A DNA stretch of 64,000 nt from Nitrospirota bacterium (lineage in GTDB: Bacteria; Nitrospirota; UBA9217). A program made the translations under genes and the position numbers. A model generated the notes under the pieces. That model worked only from the letters and a program-made list of their open reading frames with translations. It ran no database searches and was not told the DNA's origin. The stretch is from assembly GCA_963818475.1 (NCBI GenBank), contig CAWFSF010000002.1:576001-640000 (forward strand). Direction: 5' to 3'. Numbering within the stretch: position 1 is the stretch's first letter; every line of letters starts with the position of its first letter. This document shows positions 1-9,788 of this stretch, piece after piece.

Positions 1-3000
1 GAGCTCCAGGTCCTGGTTGAAGCCAAGGCTGATGCGCTTCTGTCCGCAGCCGAACCAGACAAGGTCGCTCTCGCTCATGAGCCGGTCGAGCCACTCGCCC
101 CGGTACTGCTGCATGCGGCAGGGAAGGAGGTATTCCTCCCAGGCCGCGACCGGCGCAGGCAAGTCCGAAGAGCTGCTCCAGCCTTTGCTTGAGGTCGTCC
201 AGGGACTGTCCGGCCGGGACAATTCCCTGATAAGCAGCAAGGAACAGCGGAAGCTGTTCAGCAGGAAGCGGTTCGAATGAGGGCTGGCGGTATTTTCGCG
301 CCATGCGAAGCAGGACTTCGAGGTTTCCGCTGTCGCAGATCTCGATGCCGCGGCTCTCTTCGCCAAAGCGGTCCATGACGAGGTCCTGCGACTCGATCAA
401 AGGTTCGATCGCTTCATCGATCCGCTCCGCGGTGATGCCGAGGAGATGGACCAGCTCTTCCTTCTCGATCGGTCCGTAAAAGGAGAGCCACTCGGAAAGG
501 AAACTTGCCAGATCGTACTCCTCGCTTACCCGGGCAGACTCGGGCGGTTCGCGCAAAAAAGAGAGGACGCGTTTGGCAAGGGTTTCCGCTTTTTCTTCAC
601 TACCCGCAGGCCGCAGCGTGAGAACGTCCGGGTGCAGACGGAAGGCGACGATCACTTTCGGCATTGTTTCGAGGCTGCATAAAAGCGGGTGTCTCACTCC
701 GGGCCAGCTTACCCAGAAGAGCTTCTTTGCCTGGGCCGCAAGCCATGCTGCTCCGTCCTCGTCAAGGTCGCGCCTGATCGCGCCTGCCAGCTCCTTCCAT
801 TCCGTTTCCGGGATGAGCATTCGCTCCTTCACCCAGTCCAGAAGCTCCAGGGCCGTGGCCGGAGCGTAGCCGGGTGCTGTGCGCTTCAGCTTGTTGTCCA
901 GGATGCGGACCACTTCCGCAGGCAGCTTCGGACGGAGGTGGGACGAGAACAGAAGCTCTTTGATCAGATCAGGCCGCAGGGCCGACTCTTTTGCGAAGAT
1001 CGGCGTATCGTCCTCGTACATGTACTTGTTCGTCTGTTTCCAGACAAGGCTTCCGGCAAAGGGAGAGGCCGTCCTGGTCACGGTCTCGCTCACGCGCACC
1101 ATGCCCGTCCGGAGCTCTTCGATCACGCTCCTGACATGGCTGAGATCGAACTCGTCCTCAAGGCAGGTGCGCCATGTTTCAAGCACGATCGGGAAATCCC
1201 CGTAGGACGAAACAGCCGCGAGCAGTTCCTTGGACCGAAGCCTGATGAGCCAGAGCGGCATCCTGCGCTTGAAGCTCGCTTTCGGCAGCAGGAGCGCCCG
1301 TTCTGCGTTCTCCCGGAACCGGGCGCCGAAAAAGCCGGTCTGCTCCAGTCTCTTTCTGAGGAAGGTCTCGACGTTTTCCGGCGTCAGGAGCGAGAAGAGC
1401 TCGTCCGCATGGAACGCCCTTGGCAGCATCAGCAGGATCGCGTCGTCGTTCGCGATGAATTGCAGCGGCATTCGCTCCTTCTCTTCCCAGGCCTGGGCCA
1501 GGGCGAGGCTGAATGGCCGGTTCACTCTGCCTCCCCAGAAGGTATGCAGGATCACCTGCTTGAAGTCGCCGCGGCCGCCCGGCTCTTCCACGTGCTCGAT
1601 CAAAAGATGATGGCGGTGAGGAAGCGCGCTGCCGGTCGCCTCTTTCTGGAGTTTCAAGAACGCGATGAGCTCATCTGCCGCGGCATCTTCCATCATATAG
1701 CGATCCAAAAGCTCCTGCCTGAAATCGGGGGCCGCGAGCGCGGTGTCCGCATGTTCGAGAAAGAGGCCGATCTTTTCCGAGAAATGATAATCCCTGTCCT
1801 GCTGCTCCGCCTTCCAGAAAGGGAAAATGCCGACAGCGGACCTGACCGGAACCACCTCGACGTCGTTGTGCGTGATCTTCTCGATCCTCCAGAGCTGGGT
1901 GCCGAGGGTGAAGCTCTCGCCGATGGACCGCTCCCAGACGAACTCCTCGTCCAGCTCGCCGATCTTCGCACGCGTGTCCGTAAGCCGCAGATCGAAGTAC
2001 CCGCGCTCGGGGATCGTCCCGCCTGAGGTATAGAGAAGGTAGGGCACTTCGCTGTGCGCCTGGATGGTGTTGTCCACCCGGTCGAGCGAGACACGGGCCT
2101 TCAGCTCCCGCAAGCGGGAATCGGCATAGCGGCCGGAAAGCATGTCGAGCACCATGTCGAAAAGCTTCCGTGAAAGGGCGCGGTAAGGATAGCTGGTTTT
2201 GAGGAACGCATAGAGCTCGTCGATGTCCCATTTCTCCATGCTGACCATCGAAAGGATGATCTGGGCCAGGAGATCGAGCGGCGCTTCGACGGGATGCACT
2301 TCTTCGATGTCCTGGTCCAGGCAGGCCCGCGCCATGACCGCGGCGTCGATGAAGTCCCTGCCATGGGTCGGGAAGAGCAGCCCGCGGCTCTTTTCTCCCA
2401 CGGAATGGCCCGACCGTCCGATGCGCTGCAGGGCCGACGAGACCGAGCGCGGCGTCTGGATCAGCACGACCTGGTCAAGGCTTCCGATATCGATGCCCAG
2501 TTCGAGCGAGTTCGTGGCAACGATGGCCCTGAGCTCTCCGTTCTTCAGTTTTTGCTCCACCACAAGACGCAGTTCGCGCGAGAGCGACCCGTGGTGGGCG
2601 TAGGCAAGTTCGTTTCCTTAACGCTAAATCCCCTCACCCCAGCCCTCTCCCACTGAGGGGAGAGGGTGCGTGAAACCAACCTCTTTTAAAGGAAGAGGCT
2701 GTAGCCCCTCCCTTGATGGGAGGGGTTGGGGGAGGGTGGCAGTGTCACCCCTCCCCTCGTGGGAGGGGCCAAGGGGGAGGGGCGAGGCCTCATTGATCAG
2801 CCGCGTCACCTTCTCCGTTGTCCTCCTGCTGTTCGCAAACAGCAGCGTCGATCGCTGCTGCTGGATGGTTTCCCGGAACGCATCAATGAGCGCCGGCCAC
2901 CAGGAGCCGTTCACCATCTTCTCCCGCGCATCAGGAGGAAAGGATACGGTGATGTCGTATTCCTTTGCCTGTCTGGACTGAATAAGGGTCACGGGCCGCT

Positions 3001-3688
3001 TTTCAAGAATGCTGTCTTTGCCAAAGCCGGTTTTCCGGAATCCTCCGACGAATTCAGCGACCCGCTCCGCAGGATTGACCGTGGCAGAAAGCGCAATGCG
3101 CTGAAAATCGCCGGAAAGCGGCACCAGCCGGTCCACTGCGGTGATGAGATGGGTGCCGCGCTTGGTGCCTACGACCGCATGGATCTCGTCGAGAATGACC
3201 GTTTGAATGCCCAGGAGCATGCCGCGGCCGCTCCGGGAAGTGAGCAGCAGGTTCAGCGACTCCGGCGTCGTGATCAGGATCTCCGGCGGCCTGCGTACCA
3301 TTCGCCGCCGCTCCTCGCCCGGTGTGTCGCCGCTGCGGGTGAGAACGGTGATGTTCGGGAAAGGCGTGTTTGTGCGGTTGAAGGTCTCCCGCAATTCCGC
3401 GAGCGGCTTCAGCAAGTTTCGCTGAACGTCGTTGTTCAGGGCTTTAAGCGGCGAGATATAGAGGACGCGGATTGTGCCGCCGGACCAGGTCCCGTTGATG
3501 AGCTGGTTCAAGGCCCACAGGAAAGAGGCCAGCGTCTTGCCGCAGCCTGTTGGCGCGGTAACGAGCACGTGCCTGCCCCGGCTGATCTCGGGCCAGGCTT
3601 TCTCCTGAACGTCGGTCGGTTTGCCGACCAGCTCCCTGAACCACTTCTGGATGAGGGGATGAAATAGTGAGAGGCTCGATTCCGGCAT
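1..3688 (-). CDS. lhr: Lhr-family DEAD/DEAH-box helicase, runs off the window start; interrupted at ~2615-2785 by a REP-like insert carrying two in-frame stops
   Basis: ORF 2624-3688 has APTGCGKT, SPLKALNND, TTPESL, DEIH and SAT. The same frame continues after TAG/TAA as GNELAYAHHGSLSRELR...ATNSLELGIDIG...QRIGRSGH. Confidence 0.9.
2631..2783. repeat. Cluster of GC-rich palindromic REP-like units inside lhr
   Basis: CCCTCACCCCAGCCCTCTCCCA..GGGGAGAGGG, CCCCTCCCTTGATGGGAGGGG and CCCCTCCCCTCGTGGGAGGGG hairpins. Confidence 0.8.
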
Positions 3689-3738
3689 GTGCTTTCTTCC
3701 TCAATTAAAACATAGACCAGGAGGGGGAGAAAAGCAAG
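3682..3738 (-). promoter_or_regulatory. sigma70-type promoter of lhr (copy A of a duplicated promoter)
   Basis: Minus strand TTGCTT-N17-TATGTT just upstream of the ATG; homologous to 7469-7525. Confidence 0.6.
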
Positions 3739-3776
3739 AGAGGGGTAAGGTATTGTCCTGTTCTATCCGCTGAAGC

Positions 3777-3836
3777 GGTGAACGCTGAGCTAAGGGGCGG
3801 AAGTTTTGCCCGTCCCTCTTGAGTGAATTGTTAAGT
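3777..3836 (-). mobile_element. Integron attC site
   Basis: Minus strand ACTTAAC-AATTCACTCAAGAGGGACGG...CCGCCCCTTAGCTCAGC-GTTCACC; imperfect palindrome of VCR-like type, 60 bp, right after a stop codon. Confidence 0.85.
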
Positions 3837-3854
3837 TAGTTTTATTTGCTTGTC

Positions 3855-4277
3855 CTACTGTCTTTGTCTCGGTAAGATCATGTAAAATTTTCCGCCTTTT
3901 TCCCCGACAGGCATCGTTAGCGTACCAAATGTTTTACTACCTTCTAAGGTCACAACTAATTCATGGCTTACCTTTAGATTCGGGACATACGTAATCCCGT
4001 TCCTTGTCTTGATCAATCTATTTTTGGTTTTATTTGATCGTTTTAAAACGACTGATTTTACTTTTTGCGTTACCCAATACTCTCTGGATTTATTGTCTTG
4101 TTCCTTATCTTCATCTGTCACGCCCTCAAAACATGTCAAAGCTATTAATGCGGCAGGATCCTTTCTGGAAAAGGCATCTTTGATTGCATCAATAAAGCGT
4201 GTTTCTTCCTGGACTGAAGCTGCATTTGCCGAGGCTAATATTCCAAGCAGTATTGCAAGAATGACGAATGTACGCAT
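3855..4277 (-). CDS. Cassette-encoded exported hypothetical protein
   Basis: 140 aa, signal peptide, AT-rich, flanked by attC sites. Confidence 0.8.
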   Translation of the reverse strand: MRTFVILAILLGILASANAASVQEETRFIDAIKDAFSRKDPAALIALTCFEGVTDEDKEQDNKSREYWVTQKVKSVVLKRSNKTKNRLIKTRNGITYVPNLKVSHELVVTLEGSKTFGTLTMPVGEKGGKFYMILPRQRQ

Positions 4278-4304
4278 GGCAAGTTCCTTTGTAATTATAC
4301 TGTC

Positions 4305-4365
4305 AGTTAACCACGCGCCTGACGCGCCGACTTTTAGCGCGTCGCTGTCAAGGCGCTCGTTGGAA
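4305..4365 (-). mobile_element. Integron attC site
   Basis: TTCCAAC-GAGCGCCTTGACAGCGACGCGC...GCGCGTCAGGCGCGTG-GTTAACT, 61 bp. Confidence 0.85.
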
Positions 4366-4392
4366 TATTTTCGGGTTTTACTTCGTCGACAG

Positions 4393-4797
4393 CTAGTCAG
4401 GGCTCTTTCCCATTTCGTAAGGCGTCAATAACTCGACCTTAAGGGTCGCGCTATTATTCAGTACCCATGCCTCCGATTTTTTTAACAGTGTAAAAACTAA
4501 TTGATCAGAATCAGGATGAACTTTTACGATAATTGAGGTGTTATCAGGTGACGGAGACCCAGCTTGAAGTTGAAACTTCTTTGACAAAATATATCCGAGA
4601 TAGCCCTCTATCTTATCTTGAAGCCTTGCCAGCGATCCCTTGTCGCCCTGAAGCGGTGTTGCGATAACGATGGTCAGATCAGCACCTCCTCCCTTTTTTA
4701 TATTCATCACATCTATCACTGCCAGGGAAGGAATTGGATGATTCGGATCGTCACGCGGATCTATAGGAGGATTATGTTTAAATATTGGTGCTGCCAT
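4393..4797 (-). CDS. Cassette hypothetical protein, DUF6572-like (possible immunity-type protein)
   Basis: True start MAAPIF follows GGAGGT RBS overlapping the attC R' box; LQDKIEGYLGYI motif resembles DUF6572. Confidence 0.65.
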   Translation of the reverse strand: MAAPIFKHNPPIDPRDDPNHPIPSLAVIDVMNIKKGGGADLTIVIATPLQGDKGSLARLQDKIEGYLGYILSKKFQLQAGSPSPDNTSIIVKVHPDSDQLVFTLLKKSEAWVLNNSATLKVELLTPYEMGKSPD

Positions 4798-4806
4798 TAG
4801 TGACAC

Positions 4807-4862
4807 CTCCAACGACGAGTTCACACGCCGCGAAGCGGTCGGCAAGGAACGATTTGTTAAGC
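4807..4862 (-). mobile_element. Integron attC site
   Basis: GCTTAAC-AAATCGTTCCTTGCCGACCGCTTCGCGGCGTGTGAACTCGTC-GTTGGAG, 56 bp. Confidence 0.85.
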
Positions 4863-4867
4863 CAAAT

Positions 4868-5365
4868 TTATCGGCTGGTCCGCCGTTGTGAGTCGTAGCC
4901 GTTTTCGCTCGTCTGAAGCAGTACTGTCACACGTCTCCAGCTATCTTGGACCGTTTGGTGCGGCTTGATATCTCTCAAGTCATAGCAGACCGGGTCGAAC
5001 CTGGATATTATTGCGTCTGCCGGACGAACCAAGATTAGTGTTCTGTCATCGCGCCATATCATCTTATCGACAATGATGCTGCCTGTCATGACAGGCCATT
5101 CATAGTGTTTGTTCTTTTTATCAAGAGCGAGACCTGAAGGAACCACGTATAAACGCACTACGGATGATCCAAATGAAAAACCGGATTCTTGAATGGTCAG
5201 TACGGCATCATATTCCTTCCCTGGTGAAGCCAGTCGAAATTCTTCAGCCTCCTCTGGACTAGAACCAAAATCGAGTTCAAATTTCAAATAAACCCCAAGT
5301 GCGATGAGCGCGAGAAGGCCTATGGCAGCAAGAATATTCCGAAGTACAATAATAACTTTTTTCAT
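4868..5365 (-). CDS. Cassette hypothetical protein with N-terminal membrane anchor
   Basis: 165 aa ORF whose stop abuts an attC. Confidence 0.8.
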   Translation of the reverse strand: MKKVIIVLRNILAAIGLLALIALGVYLKFELDFGSSPEEAEEFRLASPGKEYDAVLTIQESGFSFGSSVVRLYVVPSGLALDKKNKHYEWPVMTGSIIVDKMIWRDDRTLILVRPADAIISRFDPVCYDLRDIKPHQTVQDSWRRVTVLLQTSENGYDSQRRTSR

Positions 5366-5395
5366 AATAATTCGCGGTGCCGCATATTAAAAGAG

Positions 5396-5418
5396 AATTA
5401 ACCAGTAGTTGTCTACTT
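5396..5418 (-). mobile_element. Putative attI-like site heading cassette array A
   Basis: AGTAGACAACTACTG-GTTAATT; non-palindromic GTT core, similar to the 11581-11600 site. Confidence 0.4.
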
Positions 5419-5500
5419 AGGGCTAAGTCACTAGCAACGGATTTCCGTTCTTTACGAGTTCAGCAAAAAGGATGCCGGATACGAGCTTCCAATTTGAAAT

Positions 5501-5529
5501 AAAGTAGCATGGTTTGCAGGGGTGGTCAA
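5501..5529 (-). promoter_or_regulatory. Putative Pc-like promoter pointing into array A
   Basis: TTGACC-N17-TACTTT with extended -10 TG. Confidence 0.5.
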
Positions 5530-5580
5530 TGAATTTAAGAAAAAACAAGGCGCAAGCGCTTGTGAGGGGCTGATGATGCG

Positions 5581-6237
5581 TCACGGGCGTGCTGCGTCGG
5601 GATCGAAGATCACCGTTTCCTGGCCGACTTCTACTTCGCCATACCTGAGATCGCCGGCTCGCTCGTATACGTGCAGAACAGCGCCGGTTTTGGTCAGTTG
5701 TGTGTCAACAAGCCGGAAGCTTCCCGGGATCGTGCCTTCGCCGAATAGGCGCTTGCCGGTACCGAGAACCACAGGGAACTGCCAAATGCGAAAGGTATCG
5801 ATAAGGTCGTGTTTGAGCAGGGTCTGGAGAAAATTACTGCTGCCGTGGACCTGGATCTCGCCGCCTTCCTCTTTTTTGAGTTTCGCGACCTCCTCGGCAA
5901 CGTCTCCCTTGAGCAGGAAGGAGTTGCTCCACGTGACCTCCTCGAGCGTCCGCGAAGCGACGAACTTCGGCCGGGTGTTAAGGGCGGCAGCGATCTCATC
6001 CGCCGGGTCGGTGGACTTGGGCCAGGAAGCTGCGAAAATCTCATAGGTCTTGCGGCCGAGCAGGAAGGCGCCGGCCTGCCTGGTCCACGCGGTCATGATT
6101 TCACCGAACTTATCATCAAAATAAGGAACGAGCCAGCCGCCGTGCCGGAAGCCGCCGTCGCGGTCCTCATTGGGGCCGCCGGGCGCTTGCATGACGCCGT
6201 CGAGAGTCAGGAAGGTTCCCGCAACCAGCTTTCTCAT
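5581..6237 (-). CDS. Dihydrofolate reductase / RibD C-terminal family protein
   Basis: TLDGVMQAPGGP, LLGRKTY, GSS..LQTLL, PVVLGTGKRLF motifs. Confidence 0.9.
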   Translation of the reverse strand: MRKLVAGTFLTLDGVMQAPGGPNEDRDGGFRHGGWLVPYFDDKFGEIMTAWTRQAGAFLLGRKTYEIFAASWPKSTDPADEIAAALNTRPKFVASRTLEEVTWSNSFLLKGDVAEEVAKLKKEEGGEIQVHGSSNFLQTLLKHDLIDTFRIWQFPVVLGTGKRLFGEGTIPGSFRLVDTQLTKTGAVLHVYERAGDLRYGEVEVGQETVIFDPDAARP

Positions 6238-6264
6238 GTTTGTCCTCTCAAAGATTTTACGGAC

Positions 6265-6295
6265 GCCGAACGCAGCTGATCAGCGGCGCCGCTCC
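6265..6295 (-). mobile_element. Right half of an attC site (remnant)
   Basis: GCGGCGCCGCTGATCAGCTGC-GTTCGGC immediately before the DHFR-family gene. Confidence 0.5.
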
Positions 6296-6297
6296 TA

Positions 6298-7360
6298 TCA
6301 CTTTTTATGGTGTTTCATTACGGTCTTGACGAACTGTCCGAATTTTTTGTCCTTTCTGCGTTTTTCAACGTAGGATAGCTCATTGTATTCAGATTCTTTC
6401 ATCAGCTTCAAATAGCTCTGGTATCGATCCGCGTGCAATGTGCCATTTTCAATTGCGATCAGGAGTGCGCAACCGGCTTCCTGAGTATGGGTGCAATTGG
6501 CAAACCGGCAGGTTTTCGAAAGGCTCCAGATGTCAGCGAAGCTTTCCTCAAGCCCTGAGCTGACGCCGATATTCCCCAGTTCCCTCATCCCCGGGGTGTC
6601 GATCAGCATCGCCCCTTGATCAAGGACGATCAGCTGGCGCTGCGCCGTCGTGTGTCTGCCCTTCCCGTCGCTTGCTCGGACAGTGTTTGTCTCAAATAGA
6701 TCGCGGCCGATGATATGGTTCAAGAGCGTTGTTTTGCCCACTCCGGAAGACCCGACCAGGCAATACGTTTTGCCCGGCTCCAGCAGTTGACGCACCTGAT
6801 CCACTCCGAAGCCGGTCACGTTGCTGAGCGGAAGCACTGTGCATTTGATGTTGGCTTGACGTACCTCTGATATTCTTTGCTCCAGCTTCTCGGGGCTGAC
6901 CAGATCGCTTTTTGTCAGGAGCAGTATCGGTTCGATCTGCCCTTCGTTGACCATGACGAGGTAGCGCTCCAGCCTGCGCAGATTGAAATCGAGATCGCAG
7001 GCTTGCACGATCAAGGCGGAATCTATGTTGACCGCGATCATCTGGTAGTCGATCTTCTTGCCAGGCGTTTTGCTCCGTCAAAAATGATTTGCGCGGGAGC
7101 AGGCCATGGATGATGGCAAACGTATCAGCGTTGTGGTACTGGACAAGTGCCCAATCACCGACTGAAGGAAGGTCTGTGCTCGACTCGGCGGAGTAGAGGA
7201 AACTGCCTGCCAATTCAGCGAGAACCTCGCTGTTCTCATTTCTTACGAGGTAGCTGTCCCTGTGGACCGCGGTCACGCGGGCCACCGTGCAGTCAGGCCT
7301 CTGCGCCTCCGATCTTTTGTCTTCAAACCACTGATCAAATCCGAGAAGTTTCAGTTCCAT
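6298..7360 (-). CDS. rsgA: Ribosome small subunit-dependent GTPase A (frameshift near 7075, probably a sequencing error)
   Basis: TKSD, GSSGVGKT, GRHTT, DTPGMRE and CRFANCTHTQEAGC Zn finger; N-terminal half in ORF 6692-7411. Confidence 0.9.
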
Positions 7361-7464
7361 AGCAGGTCTCGTGTCATCCATTCCCTTGCACGGGTCGGAT
7401 CTTCCAGCCAAGAGAAGATCTTCTCGGGCGTACTCTTAATTTCTATGGTAATTGCTGTTTTCAT
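7351..7464 (-). pseudogene. Truncated 5' fragment of an SRPBCC/polyketide-cyclase-like gene
   Basis: Own translation MKTAITIEIKSTPEKIFSWLEDPTRAREWMTRDLLWN*; the stop overlaps the first rsgA codons. Confidence 0.5.
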
Positions 7465-7468
7465 AATC

Positions 7469-7525
7469 CCGGCATAATTTTGTATTCTCAACTAAAACAT
7501 AGATCAAGAGGGGAGGAAATGCAAG
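7469..7525 (-). promoter_or_regulatory. Copy B of the lhr-type promoter
   Basis: TTGCAT-N17-TATGTT; 33/39 identical to 3700-3738, plus ATGCCGG at the same spacing. Confidence 0.6.
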
Positions 7526-7564
7526 CGGTGGCGTGGGGAAGGGGGGTTGGCTCTCACTGCCGGT

Positions 7565-8227
7565 TTACGTATTGGCCAGCTTCGCGATATCCCGGACCTC
7601 AAGGAGCTGCTTGTCGTACCCTTTATTGACGCTGTTGATCATGGCCAGTCCTATCTCTTTGAGCGTCAAAAGATACTGTGGAAATAATATTTTCCACAAA
7701 GGAAAAAACGGGGCAAGGATGCGATAAAACGAATGGGTGTTCTTCAAGCCTTTGGTCGGCTGGATAAATGCGGGACGAAACATATAGGCCTGGCGAAACG
7801 GCAATCGCAGCAGATCGTTCTCTGTTTTGCCTTTGACCCTGGCCCACATGATGCGGCCCGTTTCGCTGCTGTCGGTGCCCGCGCCGGACACGTAACAAAT
7901 GGTCATGTCAGGGTTCAGCTTTGCAAGCGTACGAGCCAAGGCCATGGTAAGGTCGTAGGTGAGGTGCCGGTACGTTTCCTCGTTCTTGCCGACGGAAGAC
8001 ACGCCCATGCAGAAATATCCTGCATTGCAGCCCGCCAATTCTTTTTCGATGGCGCTGAAATCACTAAAATCCTGATGCAGGATCTCTTTCAATTTGGGGT
8101 GCTGCACGTTGCAAGGCCGTCTGTTGATGACCAGAACGGATTCTACGTCGGGATGGAGGAGACACTCATGCAACACGCCTTCGCCGACCATGCCTGTGGA
8201 GCCGGTAATGATGGCTTTTATTTTCAT
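7565..8227 (-). CDS. NAD(P)-binding epimerase / TIP30-like SDR
   Basis: ITGSTGMVG Rossmann motif, VSGAG, KG..E. Confidence 0.85.
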   Translation of the reverse strand: MKIKAIITGSTGMVGEGVLHECLLHPDVESVLVINRRPCNVQHPKLKEILHQDFSDFSAIEKELAGCNAGYFCMGVSSVGKNEETYRHLTYDLTMALARTLAKLNPDMTICYVSGAGTDSSETGRIMWARVKGKTENDLLRLPFRQAYMFRPAFIQPTKGLKNTHSFYRILAPFFPLWKILFPQYLLTLKEIGLAMINSVNKGYDKQLLEVRDIAKLANT

Positions 8228-8276
8228 AGGAACGTCCTTTCACACTGAGTTTGCAGGTTGCGTTAAGTGTAGCACA

Positions 8277-8323
8277 ACCCAACGGCAAGACGCGCGCCTT
8301 ATGCGCGTCGGGACAAGTTAAAG
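8277..8323 (-). mobile_element. Short degenerate attC-like site
   Basis: CTTTAAC...GACGCGCATAAGGCGCGCGTC...GTTGGGT, 47 bp. Confidence 0.5.
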
Positions 8324-8366
8324 CATCTTTTCGATTTGCCCGGTGTCCCGGTTCTCCGTGAAAGGC

Positions 8367-8970
8367 TCAACCATTCGGTTCGACCTGCGACTGTAAAAGC
8401 ACATGGAGGGCAGTTCCGAATATCGGCATTAACTGTACCCTGGTTTCATCATCGCCCTGCACAAATCCGGGAATCACTGAATAGCACCTGCTGAAAAGCT
8501 CTTCCACTTCCCCTTTTGCAGTTTCGACAATTTGGCTTGGTATCTGCGTCGCTATCCGGGAAATTTCAAGAATTTCCTTTTTTGCAGCTTGATCATTGTC
8601 CTCCGTCAAGATCTTCTGATAAAGGTGCTGCTCGATCAACTTTTCAGTCAGCTCCTTTACGTCAACAGTAATGCCTTCCTTGCTCACCGCTTGGATTATC
8701 CCAAGCATTACGAACAGGCTGAAGCCGATTATAACGGGTGCATCTCTAGGCAGAACGCCGCTCGAAGAGATACTGCTTCGTCCCAGCAACAGAAGTGCTT
8801 TATCTGAGATGTCCTGCGCAGCCCGCGTTATTCCGAGTTGCAGCAGGTCCTGGTGAGCTTATTGGTGCACGTACAGCAGCCGGCGCTGCAAGAGGATCTA
8901 TCGATTTCACTGCACAAGAAATTAGTGCTCTGGCTAGAGGTTTTGCCTCTAGATCGAACTTGGAGTCCAA
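8367..8970 (-). pseudogene. Frameshifted cassette hypothetical gene
   Basis: AAGGAG + TTG start (MDSKFDLEAK...) in a different frame from downstream ORF 8367-8789. Confidence 0.45.
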
Positions 8971-9209
8971 GGTAATCTCCTTTTATTTTATATCGTTGGC
9001 GCAGAACGCGAACAACGAGTCTGTAGGAAAAGCCCCTCTCAAAGCCCCGAGTCACCAGGCTTCGTTTAACGCAATTAAACTTTCGCGATGTCGCTCAATG
9101 ATGGTCAAGCGAGGAGGGTCCGTCATTCGGGCTCAGAATCGTCACCATTACTATTCTTATTAGTATCAATGAAATATCGTCGCTGCCCTCAAGGGGTATA
9201 AATGCGGGT

Positions 9210-9314
9210 GCGCAATGCCAATAGCTGAGCTGCGGGCCACTGCCCTTGCAGCAGATAGAATGCTTTACGAGTAGCAAGACCGTGTGTTCCGTCAGCTCTT
9301 GCGTGTTGTTAAGC
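9210..9314 (-). mobile_element. Long attC site with degenerate R' box
   Basis: GCTTAAC-AACACGCAAGAGCTGACGG...CCGCAGCTCAGC...ATTGCGC, 105 bp. Confidence 0.65.
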
Positions 9315-9319
9315 GATGT

Positions 9320-9703
9320 CTATCTTGTAACCGGACTAATTTTAAAAATAACCATCAAAACGGTTATTATGATTCCAATAATTATTGAGACTATAAATAC
9401 AATTAGGGATGCAATTGACCATTTTCTTTGAACGTTATTAAAGTGTTCAACGCTTTGCCATTTCTTATTTTTCCAAGCCCATTCACGCCCTTTTATTCCT
9501 AAAACAATACATACAACAAACCCAATCACTGGCAGTCCGACGAGATAGGTTAATAATACTGATAAACCAATCCATGTGTTATTGAAAATTGCCCATATCC
9601 AATTCAAACAAAACCCGCCCCAACACCAGCCCTTAATTTCATCAGGAACAAGCGAATCCTTGCCCATACCTGATGTGTTATTGTGATTATTGCTTCCATT
9701 CAT
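9320..9703 (-). CDS. Cassette membrane protein (W-rich WxWGGFxLNWIW family)
   Basis: 127 aa, about 3 TM segments, GREWAW...F...QRKW motif. Confidence 0.8.
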   Translation of the reverse strand: MNGSNNHNNTSGMGKDSLVPDEIKGWCWGGFCLNWIWAIFNNTWIGLSVLLTYLVGLPVIGFVVCIVLGIKGREWAWKNKKWQSVEHFNNVQRKWSIASLIVFIVSIIIGIIITVLMVIFKISPVTR

Positions 9704-9737
9704 TATTGCTAATATCCTTTTAAATGCGCATCTTATC

Positions 9738-9787
9738 GCTTAACGACGAGTTGAGCCGCCTTCGGCGGCTCGAACGCCTGGTTATAA
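9738..9787 (-). mobile_element. Integron attC site (minimal, 50 bp)
   Basis: TTATAAC-CAGGCGTTCGAGCCGCCGAAGGCGGCTCAACTCGTC-GTTAAGC; GTTAAGCGAT is the exact complement of ATCGCTTAAC at the far end of the following cassette. Confidence 0.9.
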
Positions 9788-9788
9788 A

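Noticed and set aside
689-2026. Long plus-strand ORFs (also 18656-20623, 24970-26601, 34020-35636)
   Set aside because: Antisense shadows of recognisable GC-rich minus-strand genes.
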